From the NCBI GenBank assembly GCA_963668675.2, contig CAXXMB010000002.1:1888001-1952000 (forward strand): DNA of 64,000 nt, written 5' to 3'. Origin of the DNA: an uncultured Desulfatitalea sp. (GTDB lineage Bacteria; Desulfobacterota; Desulfobacteria; Desulfobacterales; Desulfosarcinaceae). The position numbers and the translations under genes were made by a program. How positions within the stretch are numbered: the stretch's first letter is position 1; the number at the start of each line of letters is the position of its first letter. The notes under the pieces were generated by a model. It ran no database searches. It saw only the letters and a list, made by a program, of their open reading frames with translations, and was not told where the DNA came from. Positions 47,191 to 57,912 of the stretch are shown here, in pieces.

Positions 47191-47436
47191 CTCATACTTT
47201 CGGCACGATACCTGCTAAATTTCAGATATTTATCCCAATTCAACATATAACTATTCAGCGATATCATTTTGGGTAAGTGTCATTGTTGCATCTCCGTTTA
47301 AATCTTAAAAATTGGTCCTAACAGTGGATAACTTTCAGATATTATTATTTATGTCAATGTGTTGATGTCGATTGATGATGGTGCCGTAAGTAAGTCGAGA
47401 ACCACCATAGAGTCGATGTTTGATCGAGCAACCCGT

Positions 47437-48126
47437 TTAAAAATCTAATTCCATTTGAACAGGCTCAAGATTGGACGCTTTGTTTGTTTTAACGGAATTA
47501 ACCTGTTTGTCGACAGGGTAAAATTTTAAATCTGTTACAGCCTTGGTTCCCAGCATCTCCTTCAAGGCCTTTAAATCGCCGTGTTCAGGGTCCAGCCAAT
47601 CGTTATAGACGTTTGATGGTAAAATTACCGGCATCCGATGATGAATCTTACGCACAGCACCGATGGCCTCACGGGTTATGATGGTGCATGAACGATATAC
47701 TTCATCATGGCTTCCTTTTTCATTCCATGTTTCCCACAGACCTGCAAATGCAAACGGCGATTTATCCGGCAAGGTGATGAACACTGGTTGCTTATTCCCC
47801 TTTTGGCCGGCCCATTCATAAAAACCGTCGGCCAGTATTAGGCATCGCCTTTTCTTGAACGCTTCCCGAAAGCTTGGTTTGGTGTCAATCGTTTCAGATC
47901 TGGCATTAATCATTTTATAACCGATCGAGATATCCTTGGCCCAATGAGGCACCAATCCCCAGTGATATTGATCCAGGACATTGGCCTCATCAATTCTTGC
48001 AATTGCGATGATCTTTTGGCTCGGAGCGACATTGTAATTTTCAGTAGCTTCGCATTTAACATCATCGATTGGGAAATATTGTTTAAGCTGCTCAACGTTT
48101 CTGAATCCAACAAACCGGCCGCACAT
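47437..48126 (-). CDS. SOS response-associated peptidase (SRAP; YedK/HMCES family, abasic-site protection)
   Basis: True start MCGRF (GGAGG RBS); NYNVAPSQ, WGLVPHW, INARSET, RRCLILADGFYEW, HHRMPVIL. Confidence 0.93.
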   Translation of the reverse strand: MCGRFVGFRNVEQLKQYFPIDDVKCEATENYNVAPSQKIIAIARIDEANVLDQYHWGLVPHWAKDISIGYKMINARSETIDTKPSFREAFKKRRCLILADGFYEWAGQKGNKQPVFITLPDKSPFAFAGLWETWNEKGSHDEVYRSCTIITREAIGAVRKIHHRMPVILPSNVYNDWLDPEHGDLKALKEMLGTKAVTDLKFYPVDKQVNSVKTNKASNLEPVQMELDF

Positions 48127-48193
48127 GGTATAGCCTCCGTTGTTTTCATTTTGGGGTGGATATAATGTATGCCGTATGAGGGAGAAATCAACA

Positions 48194-48445
48194 ATGGAGA
48201 CCATCCGATTCGTATTTGAGATCGACAGCCAAACCTTATCCACTTTGGATACAGAAAAGGAGCGTATCGAGTTAGCAAAAATTATCGATGGTGCTCTAAG
48301 AGATGCGGATGTTGGATGGTGGACTGGCAGCTCTTTGAAGGGAACCTCAATGGTTTTTTTCTGCCAGGTCAATGACGAGCTTGTGGCAAGGGACACACTC
48401 CTGAAGAAACTTAGTTGGCATCCGTTGATCAGGTTTCTGGTGTGA
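48194..48445 (+). CDS. Hypothetical protein
   Basis: METIRFVFEID..., GGAG RBS, divergent from SRAP. Confidence 0.55.
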   Translation: METIRFVFEIDSQTLSTLDTEKERIELAKIIDGALRDADVGWWTGSSLKGTSMVFFCQVNDELVARDTLLKKLSWHPLIRFLV

Positions 48446-48474
48446 GGAGAATCATTAATAACAGCATGTAGAAC

Positions 48475-50439
48475 TTACGATTTTCTTGCCAAGGCTTCCT
48501 GTAGTCCTGGAATTTCATCAGCACCAACTGGTACTGTAATTTCCGAATTTAGAATTTCTTCGCCAATAGGTTCATAATTGCCACCCAACCATTTTGATAA
48601 AAACCCTTCAATAATGGCACTTATTAAGAGTCTTTCTTGTTTGTTGATGCTAAACAGATCATGTCCATAATTTGGAAAAAGTGCGTAAGTGACAGCAATT
48701 TGTTTGCGTTTAATCGATTCTATTATCTGATTTGATTCGGACTGCTTTACGCGAGGGTCTTGTCCCCCATGAAAAATGAGAACTGGACGACAAATTCGAT
48801 CTGCGTAAGTGATTGGGGATTGTTTTCTCAAAAGCATTCTACCTTTTGCAGTACGATAATCACCTACACGTTTTAGTTGCTTTTCACGAATTGGTTCCCA
48901 ATAGGGCGGCATATTTTTTAGCAACGTCGTTAGATTCGACGGACCGGAAATGTCAATGCCACATGCAAAATATTCTGGATAGAACGTCAGACCTGACAAG
49001 GCTGCATATCCACCAAAGCTATGGCCCATAATGGCAATTTTATCGACATCAGCTATTTTTTTGGTGATTGTCCAATCCACCGCATCTATGATATCTTCCA
49101 TAATCTTACCACCCCATTCTAAATCTCCTCCATTACAAAAGTGTTTTCCAAAACCTGTTGAAGCGCGAAAGTTTACAGATAAAACGGCATAACCACGATT
49201 TGCAAATAATTGATGATGTGGATTGAATTCCCAAAAATCTCTATCCCATGGACCTCCGTGTATAATTACAACCATTGGGATAGGTTTGTCTGGGATGCCA
49301 TTACATACTGAGTCAGAATTAAAAGGAAGGGAATAGTAGAGTAAAAGATCCAGATCATCTCTTGATTTGATTACTTCAGAATACATTCTAACAGTTGGTT
49401 CAAAAGACAGATCTATATCTGGTGTGACTAAGTAGGAAATTTTACCTTTAACTCGGTCATATAGACAATAATGAATACCCAAAGTATCTGACACATACTT
49501 TACTGCCCAATAACTATTATCTAAAGGTCGACTGAGGATTTCCATATCACCAAGTTTTCGATTTAATAAATAATCAAAATCAGACTGGATCTCGGAATCG
49601 AGAATTTGCCATTTTGTACGTTCATAGATAAACGAAACAGCTTGCGGGTGTTTTTTCACCGGGTGAAATATTACGTCATGGACGTCACATTTTGGATCGA
49701 CTGAAAGCAATAAGGATTCTTTCGTTTCAAGGTTTATTTTTTTCAGTCCCGCAGTATCTGTTCCACAACAATCCGTGATATATATATTTTCGTTTGTTTT
49801 ATCAAAACCACAAAAAGCAGTGTTCGACGAAAAATCTTCATCAGAAATAGTGTCCCAAAGTTGCCATTTGCCGTCTTTTAGAAGATATTGTTCAAGGTTT
49901 CCAGAAGGTTTTATTTTTATACCGATACGTGTCTGAAAATCATTATCCACATGTAGATCTAAAAAGGAGTCATTGGTGCTTAAAAGTTTCATTTCACCAG
50001 TAATGATGTGGATGCGATATAAATCATGCCATTTGGGACTACGGTTGTTTATCGCGACAACAATTTCTTCAGGGAATTTTGGGCTTAGAGCAATTATTCT
50101 TGATTGTGTTCCACTATCTTTGGTGATCTCTTTTACGGTCTCTGTTTGCAAATCCAACACGCAAATCTGATAATTCTCATCTACATTTTTATCATGAGTG
50201 AATATGATATGAGTATTAGTGTATGCCCACTTAAAAATTTGAACATTTCGAATTCGATTTAGCGGAATGAAACGTTTATGATCAAGGTTGTTGCATTGAA
50301 TTACCGCAAAATAATGCATTTCTCCATCAAAAGAGTGACATGCTAAATACTGTCCATTAGGGCTAATTTCAAAATTTTCATGGTATGAGTTTTCAAAAAA
50401 AAGCGAACGAGGAATTAGTTGCATTTCAAGGGACCTCAT
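48475..50439 (-). CDS. S9-family prolyl oligopeptidase / acylaminoacyl peptidase
   Basis: Beta-propeller N-terminus, IHGGPWDRD, NFRASTGFGK, GHSFGG nucleophile, DPRV, GH. Confidence 0.92.
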   Translation of the reverse strand: MRSLEMQLIPRSLFFENSYHENFEISPNGQYLACHSFDGEMHYFAVIQCNNLDHKRFIPLNRIRNVQIFKWAYTNTHIIFTHDKNVDENYQICVLDLQTETVKEITKDSGTQSRIIALSPKFPEEIVVAINNRSPKWHDLYRIHIITGEMKLLSTNDSFLDLHVDNDFQTRIGIKIKPSGNLEQYLLKDGKWQLWDTISDEDFSSNTAFCGFDKTNENIYITDCCGTDTAGLKKINLETKESLLLSVDPKCDVHDVIFHPVKKHPQAVSFIYERTKWQILDSEIQSDFDYLLNRKLGDMEILSRPLDNSYWAVKYVSDTLGIHYCLYDRVKGKISYLVTPDIDLSFEPTVRMYSEVIKSRDDLDLLLYYSLPFNSDSVCNGIPDKPIPMVVIIHGGPWDRDFWEFNPHHQLFANRGYAVLSVNFRASTGFGKHFCNGGDLEWGGKIMEDIIDAVDWTITKKIADVDKIAIMGHSFGGYAALSGLTFYPEYFACGIDISGPSNLTTLLKNMPPYWEPIREKQLKRVGDYRTAKGRMLLRKQSPITYADRICRPVLIFHGGQDPRVKQSESNQIIESIKRKQIAVTYALFPNYGHDLFSINKQERLLISAIIEGFLSKWLGGNYEPIGEEILNSEITVPVGADEIPGLQEALARKS

Positions 50440-50630
50440 ATTTTAATCCCGGAATCTGTTTTGTTCCAGCCGGAAGTGTATTCATCACCGCCTCAATCCT
50501 TCCTGCTGCCGCTGCCGGGTCAGATGTTTACACCGGATAAAAGCTGTGACTGTAAATGACTTTCATCGATACGTGTTCCATGACATTGTGTTTCTCGTTT
50601 TGAGATCGAAACTGGGTTTATACAGTGACA

Positions 50631-50858
50631 TCAATAAACGTTCGTGATCTGGGCCCCACTCTTTTCGATATATCTTGACACCTCATCGACACCACCTTGA
50701 TCGATTCCACCGGCGCCCGTGAAGCTCTCCCCATAGATTTCAAAATAGGTATCGTCGTCGAAAATTAAAAAGACCTGATTTTTGGGAGGCCTATCGTTTC
50801 TTGTGACGATGACGGATTTGATTGTTTTTCCGATTATATGCTTTAAGCCGTCTTTCAT
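50631..50858 (-). CDS. Hypothetical protein
   Basis: 75-aa ORF with AAAGG RBS and protein-like composition. Confidence 0.65.
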   Translation of the reverse strand: MKDGLKHIIGKTIKSVIVTRNDRPPKNQVFLIFDDDTYFEIYGESFTGAGGIDQGGVDEVSRYIEKSGAQITNVY

Positions 50859-51767
50859 ATGGAACCTTTCATAGTTTTTAACCTGTATACTTTCTGTCCC
50901 TATTGTGGATAGTTATATTGACCGGCCTCAACCATTGCATCGTGAAAATGAGTCCGGAATATTGATTTCAGGTGTTCAAAGGCCTCATCAACGATGTTTT
51001 CATCATCTGTTCTCAATCGATCTAACATTTGATACCCCCTGTCGTAGATGATTTTCTATATTCGAAACCATTTGTTGGTGGATGAGCAAAAATGATACCA
51101 CCATAAAATTTCGATCTATTGGCTATAAATACGGCAGGTTAAACAGACGGAACAACGCCAGGTCGCTTAGGTCATTGACATATTTAGACAATTGTTGGAC
51201 GGTTTTTGGAAATTAATGGAGGGGGCAATTCGGTTACTTGAGCAATATTGCCGCAAATGGAGATACGACGACATGCAGACTCGGGATGCTGAATCAACTT
51301 GCAATTAGAGTTCACCAGCCAGATCCAGACCAAAAGCGCCAAGATAAAAACATCCAGTTTTTGTTCGACATGCAGATTTTAGAGCGGGCTTCTGAAATTT
51401 CTTGGTTGAAAACTAATCCATGATCACTGTGGCTATCAACGAGACCGTAAATCGTTATGATATTAAATACATATCTTCGGTTTCATCAGATTGAAAATAC
51501 CTTCAGTAAACCAGTAGATATCACAGGTGATCCTATGCTTAGAAAGTGCTTCATCTTATTGTTTGTCAGTCATCTCAGGAAGTATCCAAACAACATTTAT
51601 GGCGGGCAAGGCGGGAATAATCGGTCCAAATCGGTAAAGATCGTTTGACACGGATAGGTCCATTCGTCTATTTTTTGCTAAGTTAGGTGGGCGGTAGTCC
51701 CACCAGTTCTGATTTTGTTCGGCTTAACTCATCAAGGTCAAAAACCGTCGCCCAAAAGGATTTCAAG

Positions 51768-51971
51768 ATGCCCACTTTGGAAGACCGTTACTTATCGGTT
51801 ACCGAAATATGCGAATACCTCGGTGTTAGCAATGACACGGTATACAAATGGATCGATAAACATGAAATGCCTGCCCACCGTATGGGACGTCTATGGAAAT
51901 TCAAAAAGGACGAAGTCGATTGTTGGGTAAAAGACGGTGGCGCATCCAAACATAGAAATCAAGGCCAGTAA
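51768..51971 (+). CDS. Excisionase-family (HTH_17) DNA-binding protein heading the BREX operon
   Basis: DRYLSVTEICEYLGVSNDTVYKWI...MPAHRMGRLWKFKKDEVD.WV; TAATG-coupled to brxA. Confidence 0.88.
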   Translation: MPTLEDRYLSVTEICEYLGVSNDTVYKWIDKHEMPAHRMGRLWKFKKDEVDCWVKDGGASKHRNQGQ

Positions 51972-52597
51972 TGAAACACCAAAGATACAGCATGTCATTT
52001 ACAACAGGCACTCTATTTCACTTGGAATCTGTGAGGATAGCGGGATTATTTCTTGAGCTCAACGATTGGAATACGGTTCGAAAGACGGTCATAGCCAATA
52101 ATGCTTTACAAGCAAGAACGTTTAACACCCTAAAGCGTGTCTGCCGTGAAATTATATCCAGGTTAAAAACTCTCGGCTCCGATGAGCTGGATTTGCTCGT
52201 CAAAAGTAACTCGCAGGAACAAGGATACATTCTATGGCTGGCGGTTTGTCGTCGCTATACTTTTATCGCAGATTTTGCATCCGAGGTGCTTCGTGAACGC
52301 CACATCAGCTTAAAAACCGATCTTCATTATGCAGATTTTGATTTTTTTTTCAATAAGACCTCAGAATGGCATCCTGAGCTTGATGAGATAAGCCCGGCAA
52401 CCAGAAAGAAGCTGCGTCAGGTTTTATTTAAAATCTTGAGGGAGGCCGACCTTCTTTCTCCAGACCATACCATCAAAGCTGCCCTGCTAAGCCCTCGCTT
52501 CTTGGCGGCAATTCCTTATGGCAATCGTAGCGACATAGAAGTTTTTCCTGTTTTTGAATCCGATATAGATTGGAATGACCATGAAGTTAGAAGTTGA
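51971..52597 (+). CDS. brxA: BREX protein BrxA (DUF1819)
   Basis: YSMSFTTG.L...ES, NALQART, EIISRL, LWLAVCRRY.FI.DFA.EVL, KLRQVLFKILREA; operon position. Confidence 0.9.
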   Translation: MKHQRYSMSFTTGTLFHLESVRIAGLFLELNDWNTVRKTVIANNALQARTFNTLKRVCREIISRLKTLGSDELDLLVKSNSQEQGYILWLAVCRRYTFIADFASEVLRERHISLKTDLHYADFDFFFNKTSEWHPELDEISPATRKKLRQVLFKILREADLLSPDHTIKAALLSPRFLAAIPYGNRSDIEVFPVFESDIDWNDHEVRS

Positions 52598-53192
52598 TCA
52601 AATGACCATGCAGGAGAGATTCCAGCATCTCTTTGATGTCATTTCCGGGAAACGATTTCTTAATAAACAAGGGCTCGGCAATGAAGTGCCATTTTTTATT
52701 TGCCCATTTAAACCCAAAGAGTCTGTTGAAATGGCACGAATTCGCCGTCAACTTGTAAACCGCCTTGAACAAACCGCTGTACGGGTGCTGGAGATCAACT
52801 TGTACGACCTTTCCATAGAGATCCTCCAAGAGCGCGGCATCTGGGAACGGGTCCTTGAAATGGAGCAATCCGTTTCAAAAGATGAACTCAAAGAGCTGCT
52901 ACAAGGTGTCCTTGATCCGGAAACTCACCTGATTCCCGCGATAGCTACAAAGCTCACGAACAATGAGTTCGACGTATTGTTCATTTCCGGGGTTGGAGAG
53001 GTTTTCCCCTATATCCGTTCCCACAACGTACTTAATAATTTGCAAAGCACCGCAAAAGAGAAACCAACCGTCATGTTTTTCCCGGGTGCCTATACCCACT
53101 CACTGGAATCAGGCGCATCGCTCGATCTTTTCGGGAGACTGCACGATGACAAATATTATCGAGCTTTCAACATATACCATTGCGAAGTGTAA
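52575..53192 (+). CDS. brxB: BREX protein BrxB (DUF1788)
   Basis: FLNKQGLGNEVPFFI, GVGEVFPYIRSHNVLNNLQ, VMFFPG.Y, YYRAFN. Confidence 0.92.
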   Translation: MTMKLEVDQMTMQERFQHLFDVISGKRFLNKQGLGNEVPFFICPFKPKESVEMARIRRQLVNRLEQTAVRVLEINLYDLSIEILQERGIWERVLEMEQSVSKDELKELLQGVLDPETHLIPAIATKLTNNEFDVLFISGVGEVFPYIRSHNVLNNLQSTAKEKPTVMFFPGAYTHSLESGASLDLFGRLHDDKYYRAFNIYHCEV

Positions 53193-53206
53193 GCGGAGGA
53201 ACCCTG

Positions 53207-56200
53207 ATGACCCTGAAGACCATATTCAAACAACCTGTAGACCGACCCATTGAGGGGGTTATCAAAGCTGATGATGAAGCAAGTCTGCGCCTTGAAATAG
53301 AAGAGTATGTGTTAACCAATGAGGTGGAAAAGCGGCTTGAATCATTTCTAAGTGCTTATAACCAATATGAAGGTGCCAATGGCGTGTGGATATCCGGCTT
53401 CTTCGGATCAGGTAAATCACACTTATTGAAAGTGCTCGCACTGCTTTTGGAAAATCGCCCTTTGGATGGTAACAGCACCATTGATTTGTTTGAACCCAAA
53501 TGTGAGGATAACGAGATCCTACGAGGCGATCTCAAGCGGGCGGTCAGCATCCCCTCCAAAAGCATACTGTTCAATATCGACCAAAAGGCCGACGTCATCA
53601 GCAAAACGCAAATTGATGCGCTCCTTTCCGTATTTGTAAAGGTTTTCGACGAGATGTGTGGCTATTACGGCAAGCAGGGACACATCGCACAATTTGAGCG
53701 TGATCTTGATAGCCGCAGTTTGTATGAAGCGTTTAAAGCCGCTTATGAAGCCACAGCAGGGCTTGCCTGGCAAAAAGGCCGCGAACAGGCGTTGTTGGAG
53801 TCCAGAAATATTGCAACGGCATATGCTCAAGTCACTGGTGAAGATGATGCCGCCGCACTTGGCATTCTCGATAAGTATCGAAATCAGTACCGTGTATCCA
53901 TTGAGGACTTTGCCGAGCAAGTGAAAGCTTATGTGGACAGACAAGGCCCTGACTTCCGCCTGAATTTTTTCGTTGACGAAGTCGGCCAATACATTGCGGG
54001 CAATGTCAAATTGATGACCAATCTGCAAACCATTGCAGAGAGCCTTGCCACCAAATGCCGAGGACGTGCCTGGATCATCGTAACAGCCCAGGAAAACATG
54101 AACACCGTCATCGGCGAAATGAACACCCAACAGAGCAATGACTTTTCTAAAATTCAAGCTCGCTTTGCCAACCGCATGAAACTGACCAGCGCCGATGTGG
54201 CCGAGGTTATTCAGAAGCGTCTTTTATTGAAAAACGACTTGGGGGTTCAGCTGCTCTCGGACATCTACCAAGCAGAACTGAACAACTTTCGGACCCTATT
54301 CGATTTTGTCGATGGCTCGGCAACCTACCGCAACTTCCAGGACCTTGATCATTTTAATCAATGCTATCCCTTTATCCCTTATCAATTTGCTCTGTTCCAG
54401 ACCGCAATTCAAAACCTTTCCCAACATAACGCTTTTGAAGGCAAACATAGCTCGGTGGGGGAGCGTTCCATGCTGGGTGTCTTTCAGCAAGTGGCCGTAC
54501 AAATCAGCAACCACGAAATCGGTCAACTTGCCACCTTCGACCTCATGTTTGAAGGTATTCGAACCGCACTCAAATCCAACATCCAACGCGCTATTTTGCA
54601 AGCAGAGAAACACCTCGGTGACCCATATGCCGTGCGCGTACTTAAAGCGCTATTTCTGGTCAAATATGTAAAGGAGTTTAAGCCGACCCCCAGAAACTTG
54701 AGTGTGTTGATGCTCGATGGCTTTAACGTGGACCTGCCTCAACTGCACAAGAAGGTCGAAGAAGCCCTCAACCTTCTGGAACAACAGACTTATATTCAGC
54801 GCAACGGTGAACTGCTTGAATATCTTACCGATGAGGAAAAAGACGTTGAGCAGGAAATCAAAAACACTGAGGTGGAATCCAGCGATGTTGCAGCAGAGCT
54901 GGAAAAGATCATTTTCGATTACATAATTAAGAATCGAAAAATTCGCTACGATGAAAATGGGCAAGACTACCCTTACTCAAGAAAGCTCGATGACCGGTTG
55001 CACGGCCGGGAATATGAGTTGGCCATTCATGTGATCACGCCGTTTCACGAACACGTGGAGAATGAAGCCACGCTTAAAATGCAGGGATGGGAAAGGGATG
55101 AATTATTGGTGTTGATGCCGCCCGATGATCGCCTCGTTCGGGATATTCTCATGTACAAACGAACTGAAAAGTACATCCGACAGAACATATCGGTTACCCA
55201 GCAGGAATCGGTCAAACGCATTTTAACGGATAAAGGCTTTCAAAATACCAGTCGTTACGCCGAACTGCAGCAACGTATGCGCAAACTATTGGGGCAAGCG
55301 AAACTATATGTTGCAGGCCATGATGTTGAAATAGGATCGGAAGATGCACAGACGAGATTAATAAAAAGTTTTCATGAACTTATTGCGAGGACGTATCCTA
55401 ATCTTCGCATGTTGCGTGGCCTCTCATACACTGAAAAAGATGTCACTAAATGTCTCAACCATTCTCAGCAGAGTCTTTTTGGAAACGATGCCATATCGCT
55501 ATCCGAAGCCGAACAGGAAATGCTCGCATTTATTCAAAGCAATAACCGGGGCGGCGTACGAACAACCATTAAGAACCTTCTGGATAAATTTGAACGCAAA
55601 CCATGCGGTTGGTACTATGCAGCCATAATCTGCACACTCGCCAACCTTTGCGCCCGAGGTAAAGTAGAAGTACGGGTTGACGGCAATCTTCTTGAAGATG
55701 AAGCTCTTGAACGTGCTTTGCGCAATACCCATGGGCATGCCAATGTCGTATTGGAACCACAAGTTGAATTCACAGCCTCCCAGGTTCGGGCGCTAAAAGA
55801 GTTTTATGAGGACTTTTTTGATGCGCCACCCAAGGCGAGCGAGGCAAAAGCCTTAGGCAAAGAGACCGGCGCTGCACTCCAGGAGCTGATCCATCAATTA
55901 GAGCCTTTGGCCTCCCAGGCTTCGCGCTACCCCTTCCTTAATACACTTGCGTCCGTACTTGACACCTTAAAGGATATCAAGGGCAAACCATATACCTGGT
56001 ACCTGACCGAGTTGGCACGTCAGAATGATGACCTGCTTGATATGAAGGAAGACGTCATTGACCCCATACGAAAATTTATGAAAGGCCCGCAAAAAGAGAT
56101 CTTTGACCGTGCGCGTAAATTTATACAAACCCAGGAGCCCAATTTCCCATACATAGAAGGAGATGAAACCTCTCAAGTCATTGAGGCGCTGAGTGGTACC

Positions 56201-56758
56201 GACTGCTATAAAAACAACTGCATGCAGAAGGTAAAAACCACTATCGACACACTGCAAGGCAGAATCACGGAGCAGATCAATGCAGAGATCACCAAATCCA
56301 AGGCTGCTGTTGACACACTCAAGGCACGCCTTTGCAGCATGGCTGAATTTGAAATGCTCACCCAAGCCCAGCAAGAACAGATCACTCAGCCATTCATCCA
56401 ATTTTCAGAAGCACTTGAAAGCCAGAGGTTGATCGCTGTCATACGCGATAACTTGCGTCGCTTCGAGGAATCAGAGTACGGGCAATTGCTGTCCCAAACA
56501 GCCGCTTGGGCAAAACCAGAGCCTGAGAAAACCGAAATAAAAGAAGGCGGTAAAGAAAAGACCGAAAATAATGGAAAGGGCACCGCTGATCCTATAGTCA
56601 AGCCCGCAGCCGATGTTGAGTATATATCCCGCCAGGCTATCAGCGTTTCATATGATAAGGCGTGGCTTGCCGATGAATCGGATCTGGACCGGTACCTTGA
56701 AGCTACAAAGCAAGCGTTTCTTGCAGAGATTCGAAAAGGAAAAAGGATTCAGATATGA
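53207..56758 (+). CDS. brxC: BREX P-loop ATPase BrxC
   Basis: DRPIEGVIKA, EEYVLT, GVWISGFFGSGKSH, DEVGQYI, FSKIQARF, YPFIPYQ, GERSML. Confidence 0.95.
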   Translation: MTLKTIFKQPVDRPIEGVIKADDEASLRLEIEEYVLTNEVEKRLESFLSAYNQYEGANGVWISGFFGSGKSHLLKVLALLLENRPLDGNSTIDLFEPKCEDNEILRGDLKRAVSIPSKSILFNIDQKADVISKTQIDALLSVFVKVFDEMCGYYGKQGHIAQFERDLDSRSLYEAFKAAYEATAGLAWQKGREQALLESRNIATAYAQVTGEDDAAALGILDKYRNQYRVSIEDFAEQVKAYVDRQGPDFRLNFFVDEVGQYIAGNVKLMTNLQTIAESLATKCRGRAWIIVTAQENMNTVIGEMNTQQSNDFSKIQARFANRMKLTSADVAEVIQKRLLLKNDLGVQLLSDIYQAELNNFRTLFDFVDGSATYRNFQDLDHFNQCYPFIPYQFALFQTAIQNLSQHNAFEGKHSSVGERSMLGVFQQVAVQISNHEIGQLATFDLMFEGIRTALKSNIQRAILQAEKHLGDPYAVRVLKALFLVKYVKEFKPTPRNLSVLMLDGFNVDLPQLHKKVEEALNLLEQQTYIQRNGELLEYLTDEEKDVEQEIKNTEVESSDVAAELEKIIFDYIIKNRKIRYDENGQDYPYSRKLDDRLHGREYELAIHVITPFHEHVENEATLKMQGWERDELLVLMPPDDRLVRDILMYKRTEKYIRQNISVTQQESVKRILTDKGFQNTSRYAELQQRMRKLLGQAKLYVAGHDVEIGSEDAQTRLIKSFHELIARTYPNLRMLRGLSYTEKDVTKCLNHSQQSLFGNDAISLSEAEQEMLAFIQSNNRGGVRTTIKNLLDKFERKPCGWYYAAIICTLANLCARGKVEVRVDGNLLEDEALERALRNTHGHANVVLEPQVEFTASQVRALKEFYEDFFDAPPKASEAKALGKETGAALQELIHQLEPLASQASRYPFLNTLASVLDTLKDIKGKPYTWYLTELARQNDDLLDMKEDVIDPIRKFMKGPQKEIFDRARKFIQTQEPNFPYIEGDETSQVIEALSGTDCYKNNCMQKVKTTIDTLQGRITEQINAEITKSKAAVDTLKARLCSMAEFEMLTQAQQEQITQPFIQFSEALESQRLIAVIRDNLRRFEESEYGQLLSQTAAWAKPEPEKTEIKEGGKEKTENNGKGTADPIVKPAADVEYISRQAISVSYDKAWLADESDLDRYLEATKQAFLAEIRKGKRIQI

Positions 56759-57912
56759 TCAAACGGCTCGAGCTGAAAAACTTCACGGCATTCCGAAACC
56801 TGAGTATCGATTTTTCCCCTAAAATCAGCGTGATCGTGGGTGAAAACGGTACAGGCAAGACACATGTACTCAAGGCCGCTTATTGCCTCTGCATGGACAG
56901 CTCACATACGAACCAAATACCCAACAATGCCCACAATACGTTTGAGGAAGCCCTCACCGCCAAAATACTGCGCCTTTTTATGCCGCTGGATAACCGACTA
57001 AGCAAGATTCGCCATAATGGTACCAAGGGAAAATCCCAGCTTAAAGCCGACTTTCATTTGGATACAACCCTGTCTTTATTCTTTTCTGGCAATTCAAAAG
57101 CAGTAACCATGCAAAACAACGCAAAGAACATAAAGCATAATGGCGAACCTGTATTTATCCCTACCAAAGAAGTGCTCTCATTGATGAAAGGTATTAGCTC
57201 CAAGAATGCTGATCAGCAGACGATAAGAAGCATTTTCGACGACACCTATCTTGATCTTTGCCAGGCGCTGCTCAAGCCAGCTGGGCAGACCAACTCAGAT
57301 CAGATCGACCTGGATCCAAGATTCGGTACCGTATTTCCAAAAATGGTGAACGCCATTGGCGGCAGGTTCGATTTTCATATGGGCAATATAAGTTTTCAAC
57401 AAGGCAGCTATGAACAAAAGCGAGTTAGTGATCAGCACAAATATGGGGATAAGACCAAGACCGTCTTTAAAACGCTACAAGGCCATAGGCTTTCCAACAA
57501 CATGACGGCCGAGGGGTTTAAAAAAATTGGCGAATTACAACAACTGCTACAGAACCAAAGCCTACAGCCCGGTATTTCCGGTCCGCTCTTCTGGGATGAA
57601 CCTGAATGCAACATGAATCCGAAACTGATGAGCCTATTGGTGGAAATTCTCTTGGAGCTGTCTCGCAACGGCCAGCAGATTGTTATTGCAACCCATGACT
57701 ACGTACTGCTCAAGTGGTTCGACCTGTTGATGGATAAAGATAAAGAGGACCATGTGCTGTTCCACAGTTTGTACCGTGATGACAACACCAGGGAAATCAA
57801 AATCAATACCACGGATGACTATTTAAACATTATCCCCAACCCCATTGATGAGGCGTTTGGAACTCTCATAAATCAGGAAATTACCAATGACATGGGGGAG
57901 CTTGGCAAATGA
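56755..57912 (+). CDS. ABC-type (AAA_21/AAA_15) ATPase inserted in the BREX operon
   Basis: IKRLELKNF, Walker A GENGTGKT, signature-like TAEGFKK, Walker B LFWDEPE, H-loop IATHDY. Confidence 0.88.
   Translation: MIKRLELKNFTAFRNLSIDFSPKISVIVGENGTGKTHVLKAAYCLCMDSSHTNQIPNNAHNTFEEALTAKILRLFMPLDNRLSKIRHNGTKGKSQLKADFHLDTTLSLFFSGNSKAVTMQNNAKNIKHNGEPVFIPTKEVLSLMKGISSKNADQQTIRSIFDDTYLDLCQALLKPAGQTNSDQIDLDPRFGTVFPKMVNAIGGRFDFHMGNISFQQGSYEQKRVSDQHKYGDKTKTVFKTLQGHRLSNNMTAEGFKKIGELQQLLQNQSLQPGISGPLFWDEPECNMNPKLMSLLVEILLELSRNGQQIVIATHDYVLLKWFDLLMDKDKEDHVLFHSLYRDDNTREIKINTTDDYLNIIPNPIDEAFGTLINQEITNDMGELGK

Noticed and set aside
47437..48396. 319-aa version of SRAP
   Set aside because: SRAP needs Cys2 at the N-terminus (MCGRF at 48126); the extension overlaps an opposite-strand ORF.
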